Assembly (NCBI GenBank): GCA_050733835.1
Contig: JBOHTW010000016.1
Span: 1-47,955, forward strand
DNA length: 47,955 nucleotides
Source: Vulcanimicrobiaceae bacterium
Lineage (GTDB): Bacteria > Vulcanimicrobiota > Vulcanimicrobiia > Vulcanimicrobiales > Vulcanimicrobiaceae
Reading direction: 5' to 3'
Shown in pieces: positions 29,213 through 37,272 of the stretch; the first letter of the stretch is position 1, and every line of letters begins with the position of its first letter. The notes below the pieces were generated by a model. The model searched no databases. It worked only from the letters and a program-made list of their open reading frames with translations, and was not told the origin of the DNA. Made by a program: the position numbers and the translations under genes.

Positions 29213-30502
29213 GTGCTCGCAAACCTCCAGTCGGCGTTGCTCGTCCCGGATATTCGCAAACGCGTTTTGTTCGTGCTGGGCGCGTTCGCGCTGTTTGTGT
29301 TCATGATTCACGTTCAGTTACCCAACGTCGACGAAGCCCGCTGGCAGGATCTGCTGCGGACCGGATCATTTTACAGCTTCCTCGGCTTCTTGTCGGGCGG
29401 CGCTTTACAGCGGCTCTCGATCATCGCAATGGGGATCACGCCGTACATCAACGCGTCGATCATCATGCAGTTGATGACGGTGGTCTTACCGCAGCTCGAG
29501 GAGATGGCGAAGAAGGGCGGCGAGGAAGGCCGTAAGCGGATCAGCCAGTACACGCGCTGGTTGACGATCGTGCTCGCGGCCGTCGAGGCGACGACGATGT
29601 GCGGCGCGATGGAGCGGGCCGGCGTCTTCTACGACACCTCGATTTGGTATCTGCTCTACGCGATCACGGCGCTGGTCGCCGGGACGATGCTCCTGATGTG
29701 GCTCGGCGAGCAGATCACCGACAAGGGGATCGGAAACGGCATCTCGCTGATCATCTTCGTCGGAATCGTCTTACGCTACCCGAACTACGTCGCGCAAACC
29801 GTTCAAGTCGGCCAAGCACAGGGCTTCGACTACTTCCGGCTCGTTTTATTTGTGTTGATCGCGCTGCTGACGATCGTCTCGATCGTCTTCATGTATCAGG
29901 GCCAGCGGCGCGTGCCGGTCCAACAGGCGCGCCGGGTCGTCGGCCGCAAGCTGTTTGCCGGGCGCTCCTCGTACATCCCGTTGCGCCTCAACAATGCCGG
30001 CGTGATTTCGATCATCTTCGCGATCTCGCTGCTGCTCTTGCCGCAACAAGCGCTCTCCTGGTTTCAGCACGGCTCGAGCGGACCGGGGGCCAACGTCGCG
30101 CTCCTGATCCAGACCTACTTCAGCCCGAACACGCTACTGTACAACTTGGCGTATTTCGTGCTCGTCGTCGTGTTTACGTTCTTCTACAGTTCGGTCGTCG
30201 TCAACACCCGCGACATCGCGGATAACCTGAAAAAGACGGGCGCGTTCATCCCCGGAATCCGGCCGGGCCAACCGACGGTCGAGTACCTCAACCGCATCCT
30301 GCTGCGGATCACGACGGTCGCGGCCCTCTACCTTGGTTTGCTGGCCCTGCTACCATCATTGTTCCAGCGCGGGTTGGGAATCACGACATTCTACCTCGGG
30401 TCGACGTCGCTGCTGATCTTGGTGGGCGTCGCACTCGACTCGATGACCCAAATCGAGGCCCGGCTGGCGATGCGCGACTATAAGGGCTTCATCAAGCGAT
30501 GA
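29213..30502 (+). CDS. secY: Preprotein translocase subunit SecY
   Basis: 429-aa 10-TM protein with a GTG start, containing LSIIAMGITPYINASIIMQLM. Canonical position. Confidence 0.97.
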   Translation: MLANLQSALLVPDIRKRVLFVLGAFALFVFMIHVQLPNVDEARWQDLLRTGSFYSFLGFLSGGALQRLSIIAMGITPYINASIIMQLMTVVLPQLEEMAKKGGEEGRKRISQYTRWLTIVLAAVEATTMCGAMERAGVFYDTSIWYLLYAITALVAGTMLLMWLGEQITDKGIGNGISLIIFVGIVLRYPNYVAQTVQVGQAQGFDYFRLVLFVLIALLTIVSIVFMYQGQRRVPVQQARRVVGRKLFAGRSSYIPLRLNNAGVISIIFAISLLLLPQQALSWFQHGSSGPGANVALLIQTYFSPNTLLYNLAYFVLVVVFTFFYSSVVVNTRDIADNLKKTGAFIPGIRPGQPTVEYLNRILLRITTVAALYLGLLALLPSLFQRGLGITTFYLGSTSLLILVGVALDSMTQIEARLAMRDYKGFIKR

Positions 30503-31173
30503 CGACGGCGGCGCCCGCGATGCGCATCGTGCTGCTCGGACCGCCCGGCGCCGGCAAGGGCACGCAGGCGCGAATTCTCGAGGAGCGCTTCGATGCGCGC
30601 CAGATCTCGACCGGCGACATTCTGCGCAAACACCGGGTCGAGAAGACCGCTCTCGGTACCGAAGCCCAAGCATACATGGATCGCGGCGCGCTCGTCCCCG
30701 ACGACCTGGTCATTCGGATGATGGAAGGTGAACTCGCCGGCCGGTCGTCGTTCATTCTCGATGGGTTTCCGCGCACGGTCACGCAGGCCGATGCGCTGGC
30801 TGCGCTGCTTGCGCGCTTGAACCTTCCGCTCCAAGCGACGGTTCTCGTCGACGTTCCGCGGCCCGAGTTGATCACTCGGCTGACTGGGCGCTGGAGCAAC
30901 CCGCGCACCGGTCGCAGCTATCACGCGCTGTACGATCCACCCAAGCGCCCAGCGATCGACGACGACGACGGCGGCCCGCTCGTCCAACGGTCCGACGACT
31001 CGCTTGAAGTCGTCACCAATCGCCTCGAAACCTACGACGCTCAGACGCAGCCGCTGGTCGAGTATTACGAGCGCGCCGGCCTACTCGCGCGGATCGACGG
31101 CATGCAGCCGGTCGAGACGGTGACGGAGCGCATCGTTCAGTCGCTCGCCGATCGGCCCGGAGTCCCGCGGTGA
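30499..31173 (+). CDS. adk: Adenylate kinase (long lid, no Cys4 zinc site)
   Basis: P-loop LLGPPGAGKGTQA and ILDGFPRT. The lid is RWSNPRTGRSYHALYDPPKRPAIDDDDGGPLVQRSDD, without cysteines. Confidence 0.96.
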   Translation: MTTAAPAMRIVLLGPPGAGKGTQARILEERFDARQISTGDILRKHRVEKTALGTEAQAYMDRGALVPDDLVIRMMEGELAGRSSFILDGFPRTVTQADALAALLARLNLPLQATVLVDVPRPELITRLTGRWSNPRTGRSYHALYDPPKRPAIDDDDGGPLVQRSDDSLEVVTNRLETYDAQTQPLVEYYERAGLLARIDGMQPVETVTERIVQSLADRPGVPR

Positions 31174-31973
31174 TCACGATCAAGTCGGCGCGCGAGATTG
31201 AGATCATGCGGCGCGGTGGAAAGGTCACCGCCGCCGTGCTCACGCAGTTGGTGACGGCGGCGCGCCCGGGGGTAACGACGCGCGAACTCGACCGGCTGGC
31301 CGAACGCTTGATACGAACGGCCGGCGGCGAGCCGACGTTCAAAGGCTACAACGGGTTTCCGTGGTCGATCTGTGCGTCGATCAACGAACAGGTCGTTCAC
31401 GGGATGCCCGACCAGCGCCCAATGCGCGACGGCGACATCCTGTCGATCGACATCGGGAGCACCTTCGAAGGCTATGTGACCGACACGGCGATCACGATCC
31501 CGATCGGCCAGGTGAGCGAGGAAGCGCAGCGGCTGATGCGGGTCACTCAAGAGTGCTTGATGCTCGGTATCGCCCAGATGCAGTTGGGAAGCCGGCTCTC
31601 CGATATCGGACACGCCGTCCAGGTCCATGCCGAGCGCCATGGCTACGGCGTCGTTCGCGACTTGGTCGGTCACGGCGTCGGCACCAAGATGCACGAGGAG
31701 CCCCAGGTGCCCAACTACGGCAAGCGCGGTCAAGGCATCGTCCTTCGGGCCGGCCTGTGCCTGGCGATCGAGCCGATGATCACCGCCGGGACGCACGAGG
31801 TCGAAACCCAAGCCGACGGCTGGACGGTCATAACGGCGGATGGTAAGCTCGCAGCGCACTTCGAGCATACGGTCGCGCTGACCGACGACGGCCCAAAGAT
31901 CCTCACCCTCCGCGACATCCTCGAACATCCGGACGCTGCGCACTACCGCCCCGCAGCCGACGTCGCGGCATGA
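31170..31973 (+). CDS. map: Methionine aminopeptidase type I
   Basis: GTG start overlaps the adk stop. Contains [29 protein letters not shown] and AHFEHTV metal-ligand blocks. Confidence 0.95.
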   Translation: MITIKSAREIEIMRRGGKVTAAVLTQLVTAARPGVTTRELDRLAERLIRTAGGEPTFKGYNGFPWSICASINEQVVHGMPDQRPMRDGDILSIDIGSTFEGYVTDTAITIPIGQVSEEAQRLMRVTQECLMLGIAQMQLGSRLSDIGHAVQVHAERHGYGVVRDLVGHGVGTKMHEEPQVPNYGKRGQGIVLRAGLCLAIEPMITAGTHEVETQADGWTVITADGKLAAHFEHTVALTDDGPKILTLRDILEHPDAAHYRPAADVAA

Positions 31974-32014
31974 CCCACGCCCTCCCCCCGGTCGAATCCA
32001 TAGGTACAAGTGAA

Positions 32015-32131
32015 ATGAAAGTCAGACCCTCCGTTAAGCGCATCTGCGAAAAATGCATCATCATTCGCCGTCACGGAAAAGTTCGCGTGATCTGCGAGAC
32101 CAATCCCAAGCACAAACAGGTGCAGGGCTGA
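32015..32131 (+). CDS. rpmJ: 50S ribosomal protein L36 (zinc-binding C+ form)
   Basis: 38-codon ORF too short for the supplied ORF track: [38 protein letters not shown]. Its TGA overlaps the rpsM ATG (TGATG). Confidence 0.93.
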   Translation: MKVRPSVKRICEKCIIIRRHGKVRVICETNPKHKQVQG

Positions 32132-32517
32132 TGGCGCGCATCTCCGGCATCGACCTCCCGCGCGAGAAGCGGATTGAGATCGCGCTGACCTACATCTTCG
32201 GAATCGGCCTACCGTCGGCGCAAAAAATCTTGGCGCAAGCCGGGGTTGATCCCAACCTGCGCGTGAAGAACCTGTCCGAAGAGGACGAGAAAAAGTTGCG
32301 CGACGCAATCGACGGTCAACTGACCGTCGAAGGCGATCTGCGCCGGGAAGTCGCCGGCCACATCAAGCGTCTGACCGACATCGGCTGCTATCGCGGTCTG
32401 CGGCATCGTCGCGGTCTGCCCGTGCGCGGCCAGCGAACCAAGACCAACGCGCGGACGCGCAAGGGGCCAAAAAAGACGGTCGGCGGCAAGAAGAAAGCGG
32501 CGGCGGCCAAGAAGTAG
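32131..32517 (+). CDS. rpsM: 30S ribosomal protein S13
   Basis: The ATG at 32131 gives [26 protein letters not shown]...[27 protein letters not shown]. The upstream part of the track ORF was trimmed. Confidence 0.97.
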   Translation: MARISGIDLPREKRIEIALTYIFGIGLPSAQKILAQAGVDPNLRVKNLSEEDEKKLRDAIDGQLTVEGDLRREVAGHIKRLTDIGCYRGLRHRRGLPVRGQRTKTNARTRKGPKKTVGGKKKAAAAKK

Positions 32518-32520
32518 CGA

Positions 32521-34146
32521 CTATTTCCCCGCGGGCTTCGGACCGGACTTCGACATCAGCAGAACGGTCGGAATCGAGATGAAAAAGAGCACGGCGCTGA
32601 CGCGGAAGACGTCGTCGTAGGCGAGCACGGTCGCGTTTTGGACGACGCCGGCGTTGAGTTGAGCCAGCGTTTGCAATTTATCGTGCGAGGCGTGCATCAA
32701 CGCGTTGACCGCCGGGTTGTGCAACGTGACGCCGGCCGCCAACCCTTGCTGGGCAACGTCTTCGCGACGCAGCTCGATCAATTCGAGGACCGCAATGCCA
32801 AGGCTGCCGCCGAGCTGCCGAACGAGCGTGTATATCCCGGTTGCGTTCGCGAGCGCGGCGCGCGGCACGCTGGCGAGGGTTGCCGTCGACAGCGGCACGA
32901 ACAAAAAGCCAAGCGCAAAACCTTGGAGCGCGCGCGGGTAGAAGACGTCCCAGTAGCCGGCGAACTGGTTGAGCGAACCCATCCACCATGCCGCGATTCC
33001 AAAGATCGCCATGCCGCCGGCGATCATGATGCGCGGGCTGATCCGGTTGACGAGGCGGCCGGCGATCGGCATGCTGATCGCGGTCGCGAGCGCCCCCGGG
33101 ACGAGCGCGACGCCGGTCTGCCACGCGTCGAACCGAAGGACGTTTTGGAAGAACAGCGGCAGCACGAGGTTGATGCCGTAGAGTCCGAAACCGCTCACGA
33201 TGCCGATGATGCTACCGGCCGAAAACGCCCGGCTCCGAAAGATGCGCAGATCGACGAACGGCATCGGATCGCGCAACTCGCGCACGACGAACCAGACGAG
33301 GCCAACGACGGCGGTGATCGACAGGATGACGATCGTCGACGAATCGAACCAGTCTTCGCGCTGCCCACGCTCGAGAACGTATTGCAGCGAAGCGATGCCG
33401 ACCGTCATGGCCCCGAGCCCCAGCCAGTCGGCGCCGCGTTCGGGTTTTTTGATATACGACGGATCCCGCACGAACGCAAGCGTCATGAAGAACGCCACTA
33501 TTCCAATGGGAATGTTGATGTAGAAGATCAGCGGCCACGAAAAGTTGTCGACGATGTAGCCGCCGAGCGTCGGACCCAGCGCCGGGCCGACCATCGCGCC
33601 GAGACCGAAGATCGCCATCGCTTGACCGCGTTTGTTGGGCGGATACGACTCGAACAAAATTGCTTGCGCCGTCGGCTGCAACGCGCCGCCGCCGATCCCT
33701 TGGAGAATGCGAAACAGAACGAGCTCGGTGACGCTGTGCGCCGTCCCGCACAAGAACGACGCAATGGTGAAGATCGCCAAGCTCGTCGCGTAGTAGCGCT
33801 GCCGCCCGAACAGCGCTGTCAACCAGCCGTTGAGCGGCATGATGATGACGTTGGCGAGGATATAGCCGGTCGCAACCCAGGATATCTCGTCGATCGAAGC
33901 TCCGAGATTCCCGGCCATGTTGGTCAGCGCGACGTTGACGATCGTCGAGTCGATGATCGCCATGATGATGCCGAGCATGACGGTCGCGGTGACCAGGGCG
34001 ACCGGAATGTGGCGTTCCGGTCGACCGGCGTGCGGGGACGGCGGCGGGCCGGGTCCGGTGCCTGCCGGCGTCAGCGTGGCGGTCGAAATGACGTTACCTC
34101 GAGCGGGTGTCCAGAAAAGGGTAATTAATAATGACGGCGTAGTCAT
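32521..34146 (-). CDS. MFS transporter, DHA2 (EmrB/QacA, 14-TM) drug-efflux family
   Basis: 541-aa ORF with LGIIMAIIDSTIVNVAL, FGRQRYY, FRILQGIGGGAL and AMVGPALGPTLGGYI motifs. The first ~20 codons are AT3-rich and overlap the palindrome, so the true start may lie downstream. Confidence 0.88.
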   Translation of the reverse strand: MTTPSLLITLFWTPARGNVISTATLTPAGTGPGPPPSPHAGRPERHIPVALVTATVMLGIIMAIIDSTIVNVALTNMAGNLGASIDEISWVATGYILANVIIMPLNGWLTALFGRQRYYATSLAIFTIASFLCGTAHSVTELVLFRILQGIGGGALQPTAQAILFESYPPNKRGQAMAIFGLGAMVGPALGPTLGGYIVDNFSWPLIFYINIPIGIVAFFMTLAFVRDPSYIKKPERGADWLGLGAMTVGIASLQYVLERGQREDWFDSSTIVILSITAVVGLVWFVVRELRDPMPFVDLRIFRSRAFSAGSIIGIVSGFGLYGINLVLPLFFQNVLRFDAWQTGVALVPGALATAISMPIAGRLVNRISPRIMIAGGMAIFGIAAWWMGSLNQFAGYWDVFYPRALQGFALGFLFVPLSTATLASVPRAALANATGIYTLVRQLGGSLGIAVLELIELRREDVAQQGLAAGVTLHNPAVNALMHASHDKLQTLAQLNAGVVQNATVLAYDDVFRVSAVLFFISIPTVLLMSKSGPKPAGK

Positions 34147-34148
34147 TA
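34129..34148. promoter_or_regulatory. Perfect inverted repeat TAATGAC-N6-GTCATTA; candidate TetR operator
   Basis: 7-bp arms at 34129-34135 and 34142-34148, in the AT-rich divergent region between the MFS and TetR genes. Confidence 0.4.
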
Positions 34149-34175
34149 GTATACCAAAAGCTCGGGAGTTAGCCT

Positions 34176-34934
34176 ATGCCCCGCGATGTCGTCAAGACGA
34201 TCCGTGGTCGCGCCTATCGCTACCGCGTCGAGAGCTATCGCGATCCGGCGACCGGAAAGACGCGCGGACGCTGGACGTATCTCGGCAAGGTCGCCGCCGA
34301 CGACGGCGCGGAAACGGTAGCCGGAACCCGGCGAGACGCCGGCAAGACCCGCGCGGCGTTGCTCGATGCGACCGAGCGGTTACTCGGGGTCATCGACCTC
34401 GGCAAGCTGACCGCGGCCGGAATCGCGACCGAAGCGGGCCTCGGGCACGGAACGTTCTACCGGCACTTTCGGAACAAGGGTGAGGCCGTCCGCACGGCGA
34501 TCGAGCGCTATCGTGCCGGCGTCGATCGCGAGCGCCCCTCTTTCGAGGAACCGCTGGGCCTGCGCCCCACCGAGCGCGCCCGCGTGCGAACTTGGGTCGA
34601 GTCGATTCTGCGAACGCCGGCGGAGCGGCCGGGGTTCGCGCGCGCTTGGTATATGGCCAGCCTCGATGACCCGGCGATGCGCGACCAGCGCCGGGCGCGC
34701 CGCGCCGAGGCGGTCGAGGCGCTTGCCGGCTATTTCGAGCGACTGACCGCCGCCGGGCTGGCGGAGATCGCGCGACCACGCGAACTTGCTCGCGCGCTGT
34801 TTGCAACCTTCGACGGCGTCATCCGTCTGGTCGTCGCGGACCGTAAAACGGTCGACGGTGAACTGCGGGCCGGTACGGTCGATCTGGTCGAACGTGCGAT
34901 CTTCAGTCGCGCCGACGAGCGCGCCGACCGCTGA
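34176..34934 (+). CDS. TetR/AcrR-family transcriptional regulator with about 55-aa N-terminal extension
   Basis: GGGAG lies 7 nt upstream of the ATG. The HTH is TRAALLDATERLLGVIDLGKLTAAGIATEAGLGHGTFYRHFRNKGEAV. It is divergent from the MFS pump. Confidence 0.85.
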   Translation: MPRDVVKTIRGRAYRYRVESYRDPATGKTRGRWTYLGKVAADDGAETVAGTRRDAGKTRAALLDATERLLGVIDLGKLTAAGIATEAGLGHGTFYRHFRNKGEAVRTAIERYRAGVDRERPSFEEPLGLRPTERARVRTWVESILRTPAERPGFARAWYMASLDDPAMRDQRRARRAEAVEALAGYFERLTAAGLAEIARPRELARALFATFDGVIRLVVADRKTVDGELRAGTVDLVERAIFSRADERADR

Positions 34935-34946
34935 CGGCGTCGACCT

Positions 34947-35627
34947 CTATGCCGGGGTGGGTGCCGCCTGCTTCTCGCTCATGCGGTGCCCGAGGACGTC
35001 GATCCAACCGGCGAAGCCGTCGCCGGTGCGGGTTGAAAGCTCCAGAACGGCCATCCCCGGGTGGACGCTTTCGATCGCCGTGCGTAGTGCGGTGCGATCG
35101 AAGCCGACCGCCGCGGCTAGATCGATCTTCGTAATGAGAACGATCGCCGACGTATTGAAGGCCAGCGGGTACTTTAGTGGCTTATCTTCACCTTCGGTGA
35201 CCGAGCAGAGGACCACGCGCAGATCCTCGCCCAGATCGTACTCGGCCGGACAGATCAAATTGCCGACGTTTTCAATGAACAAGGCGTCGAGCCGGCCGAC
35301 GTCCCAACCATCGAGCGCGGTCGTGATCATGTCGGCATCCAGTCGGCATTCGGCGGCCGTGGTGATCTGGCGCACCGGCGCACCGCTGCGCGCCAGTCGC
35401 TGCGCGTCGTTCTCGGTTGCCTGGTCGCCGACCAACGCACCGACGCGATAGCGTGGCGCAAGCTGGCGCAACGTCTCCTCGAGCAGGGTCGTCTTCCCCG
35501 AGCCCGGGCTCGAGAGCAGGTTGACGACCAGCGTGCCGGAGGCTGCGAATCGGTCGCGCAGCCGCGCCGCGATCGAGTCGTTCTTGCGCAGGATGTTTTG
35601 CTGGATTTCGACGACGCGAAGTTTCAT
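34947..35627 (-). CDS. hypB: Hydrogenase nickel-incorporation GTPase HypB (short form, no His-rich or CxxCGC N-terminus)
   Basis: 226 aa with P-loop SSPGSGKTTLL, plus ENVGNLICPAEYDLGE, SVTEGEDKPLKYP and ITKIDL. Confidence 0.93.
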   Translation of the reverse strand: MKLRVVEIQQNILRKNDSIAARLRDRFAASGTLVVNLLSSPGSGKTTLLEETLRQLAPRYRVGALVGDQATENDAQRLARSGAPVRQITTAAECRLDADMITTALDGWDVGRLDALFIENVGNLICPAEYDLGEDLRVVLCSVTEGEDKPLKYPLAFNTSAIVLITKIDLAAAVGFDRTALRTAIESVHPGMAVLELSTRTGDGFAGWIDVLGHRMSEKQAAPTPA

Positions 35628-35971
35628 TCGGGGACCTCAATCGCAACCAGTTCGAGCTCTCGGCCGTGGACGATCGTCGCAGCGACCGACCCGCACGACG
35701 GGCAGATGAAACCACTCCCGGCGGGCGGATGCTGCTCGGAAGCGCAGCGTTGGCAAAACACGATCAGCGGAATATCTTCGACGTGCAACGTGCTTCCTGC
35801 TGCGACCGAATCGACGCTTGCAAGCTCCCAAGAAAACCGTAGCGCGTCGCGCACGACGCCGCAGAGCGCGCCGACGCGCACGTGGACGGCGCTAACGCGG
35901 GCGATGCCTTCGCGCTCGGCTGCTTCAGCGACTCCGTCGAGCAACGTGAGCGCAACCGAGAGTTCGTGCAC
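35624..35971 (-). CDS. hypA: Hydrogenase nickel-insertion protein HypA
   Basis: 115 aa with a GTG start after AGGAG. It has the N-terminal MHE nickel motif and the zinc site CQRC...CPSC. Overlaps hypB by 4 nt. Confidence 0.93.
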   Translation of the reverse strand: MHELSVALTLLDGVAEAAEREGIARVSAVHVRVGALCGVVRDALRFSWELASVDSVAAGSTLHVEDIPLIVFCQRCASEQHPPAGSGFICPSCGSVAATIVHGRELELVAIEVPE

Positions 35972-35987
35972 CGGATTCTCCTAATTT

Positions 35988-36008
35988 GGGATCCTGGGAT
36001 TTAGGGAT
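35988..36008. repeat. Three tandem GGGAT units with 8-nt period in the hypA/hhyS divergent region
   Basis: GGGAT at 35988-35992, 35996-36000 and 36004-36008 (tGGGATcc tGGGATtt aGGGATga). Followed by GTAG-rich repeats at 36031-36060. Confidence 0.6.
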
Positions 36009-36152
36009 GATCCAACCTTGCAAAAATTGCGTTAGCGTAGTAGCGTCTTGGTAGTAGTATACACGGTAGACGCAGCTACGCCGCTCAGTACGGCGTGCGC
36101 GACACCAACGAATACCAGATAAGTGAGTTTGGCTATAGCTTAGGAGCCGGTA

Positions 36153-37214
36153 ATGCGCCGTCTGGCGCAAGGGAGCGACGCGATGGCAAAACCGCCGCAA
36201 GTTGATACGGTTGTCAACGTTCTCTGGATTCCCGCGGGCCTCAGTTGCGACGGCGACTCCGTCTCGCTGACGGCGGCGACGCAGCCCGCGATCGAGGAGA
36301 TTGCGCTGGGCGCGATTCCAGGACTTCCCAAGGTCGCGTTTCACTGGCCGTTGATCGCGTACAGTTTGGGTGGCGCCGAATTCTTGGAGGCGTTCTTCAA
36401 GGCTGAACGCGGCGAACTCGATCCGTTCGTTCTCGTGATCGAGGGCTCGATCGCAAACGAAACGATCAAGGCGGAAGGCTACTGGACGGGCTTCGGCAAC
36501 GAGCCGGGAACCGATCAGCCGCGGACCCTGAGCACCTGGATCGACAAGCTCGCGCCCAAAGCGTGGGCCGTCCTGGCGGTCGGAACCTGCGCGACTTACG
36601 GCGGGATCCATGCGATGCAAGGCAACCCGACCGGCGCAATGGGCGCGCTCGACTACTTGGGCTGGGACTGGCGCTCGTCGGCCGGCATACCGGTCGTCTG
36701 CGTCCCCGGATGCCCGGTCCAGCCGGACAACTTGTCGGAAACGATTCTGTACCTGCTGTGGCAGGCCGCCGGCTACGCGCCGATGATTCCGCTCGACGAC
36801 GCAGGCCGCCCGCAGTGGCTGTTCGGTGCGACCGTCCACGAGGGCTGCGACCGCGGCGGCTACTACGAGCAAGGCGACTTCGCTACCGAATATGACTCGC
36901 CCAAGTGCCTGGTCAAACTCGGCTGCTGGGGCCCGGTCGTCAAATGCAACGTCACGAAGCGCGGCTGGATGGGCGGGATCGGCGGTTGCCCCAACGTCGG
37001 CGGCATCTGCATCGGGTGCACGATGCCCGGCTTCCCCGACAAGTTCATGCCGTTCATGGACGAGCCGCCGGGCGGCAAGCTCAGTTCCACGATGATCGGG
37101 GCCTACGGCGCCGTCATCAAGCCGTTGCGCCGGTTCACCACAGCGACTTTGGACAAAGAGCCCAAGTGGCGCCACAAGGGTCGCGAACTCACGACGGGTT
37201 ATCGACCGCGCTAG
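36153..37214 (+). CDS. hhyS: [NiFe]-hydrogenase small subunit, group 1h (Hhy/actinobacterial type), no Tat signal
   Basis: AGGAG lies 6 nt upstream of the ATG (alternative ATG at 36183). FeS-ligand blocks are LSCDGDS, GTCATYGG, VPGCPVQPD, HEGCDRGG, CLVKLGCWGPVVKCNV and CPNVGGICIGC. The conserved core starts about 20 aa from the N-terminus. Confidence 0.9.
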   Translation: MRRLAQGSDAMAKPPQVDTVVNVLWIPAGLSCDGDSVSLTAATQPAIEEIALGAIPGLPKVAFHWPLIAYSLGGAEFLEAFFKAERGELDPFVLVIEGSIANETIKAEGYWTGFGNEPGTDQPRTLSTWIDKLAPKAWAVLAVGTCATYGGIHAMQGNPTGAMGALDYLGWDWRSSAGIPVVCVPGCPVQPDNLSETILYLLWQAAGYAPMIPLDDAGRPQWLFGATVHEGCDRGGYYEQGDFATEYDSPKCLVKLGCWGPVVKCNVTKRGWMGGIGGCPNVGGICIGCTMPGFPDKFMPFMDEPPGGKLSSTMIGAYGAVIKPLRRFTTATLDKEPKWRHKGRELTTGYRPR

Positions 37215-37272
37215 CGCGGTGCGGCTTCGACCCGGCCCAAATCGTAGTAAACAACCGCACGAGGGGTAACCG

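Noticed and set aside
32638-34128. 496-aa plus-strand ORF opposite the MFS gene
   Set aside because: The product is extremely Arg/Asp/Glu-rich with no motifs. The minus-strand frame encodes a textbook DHA2 transporter.
36153-36185. MRRLAQG at the HhyS N-terminus as a possible twin-arginine signal
   Set aside because: There is no S/T-RRxFLK context and no hydrophobic h-region or AxA site. The conserved small-subunit core begins about 20 residues in, so the enzyme is taken to be cytosolic.
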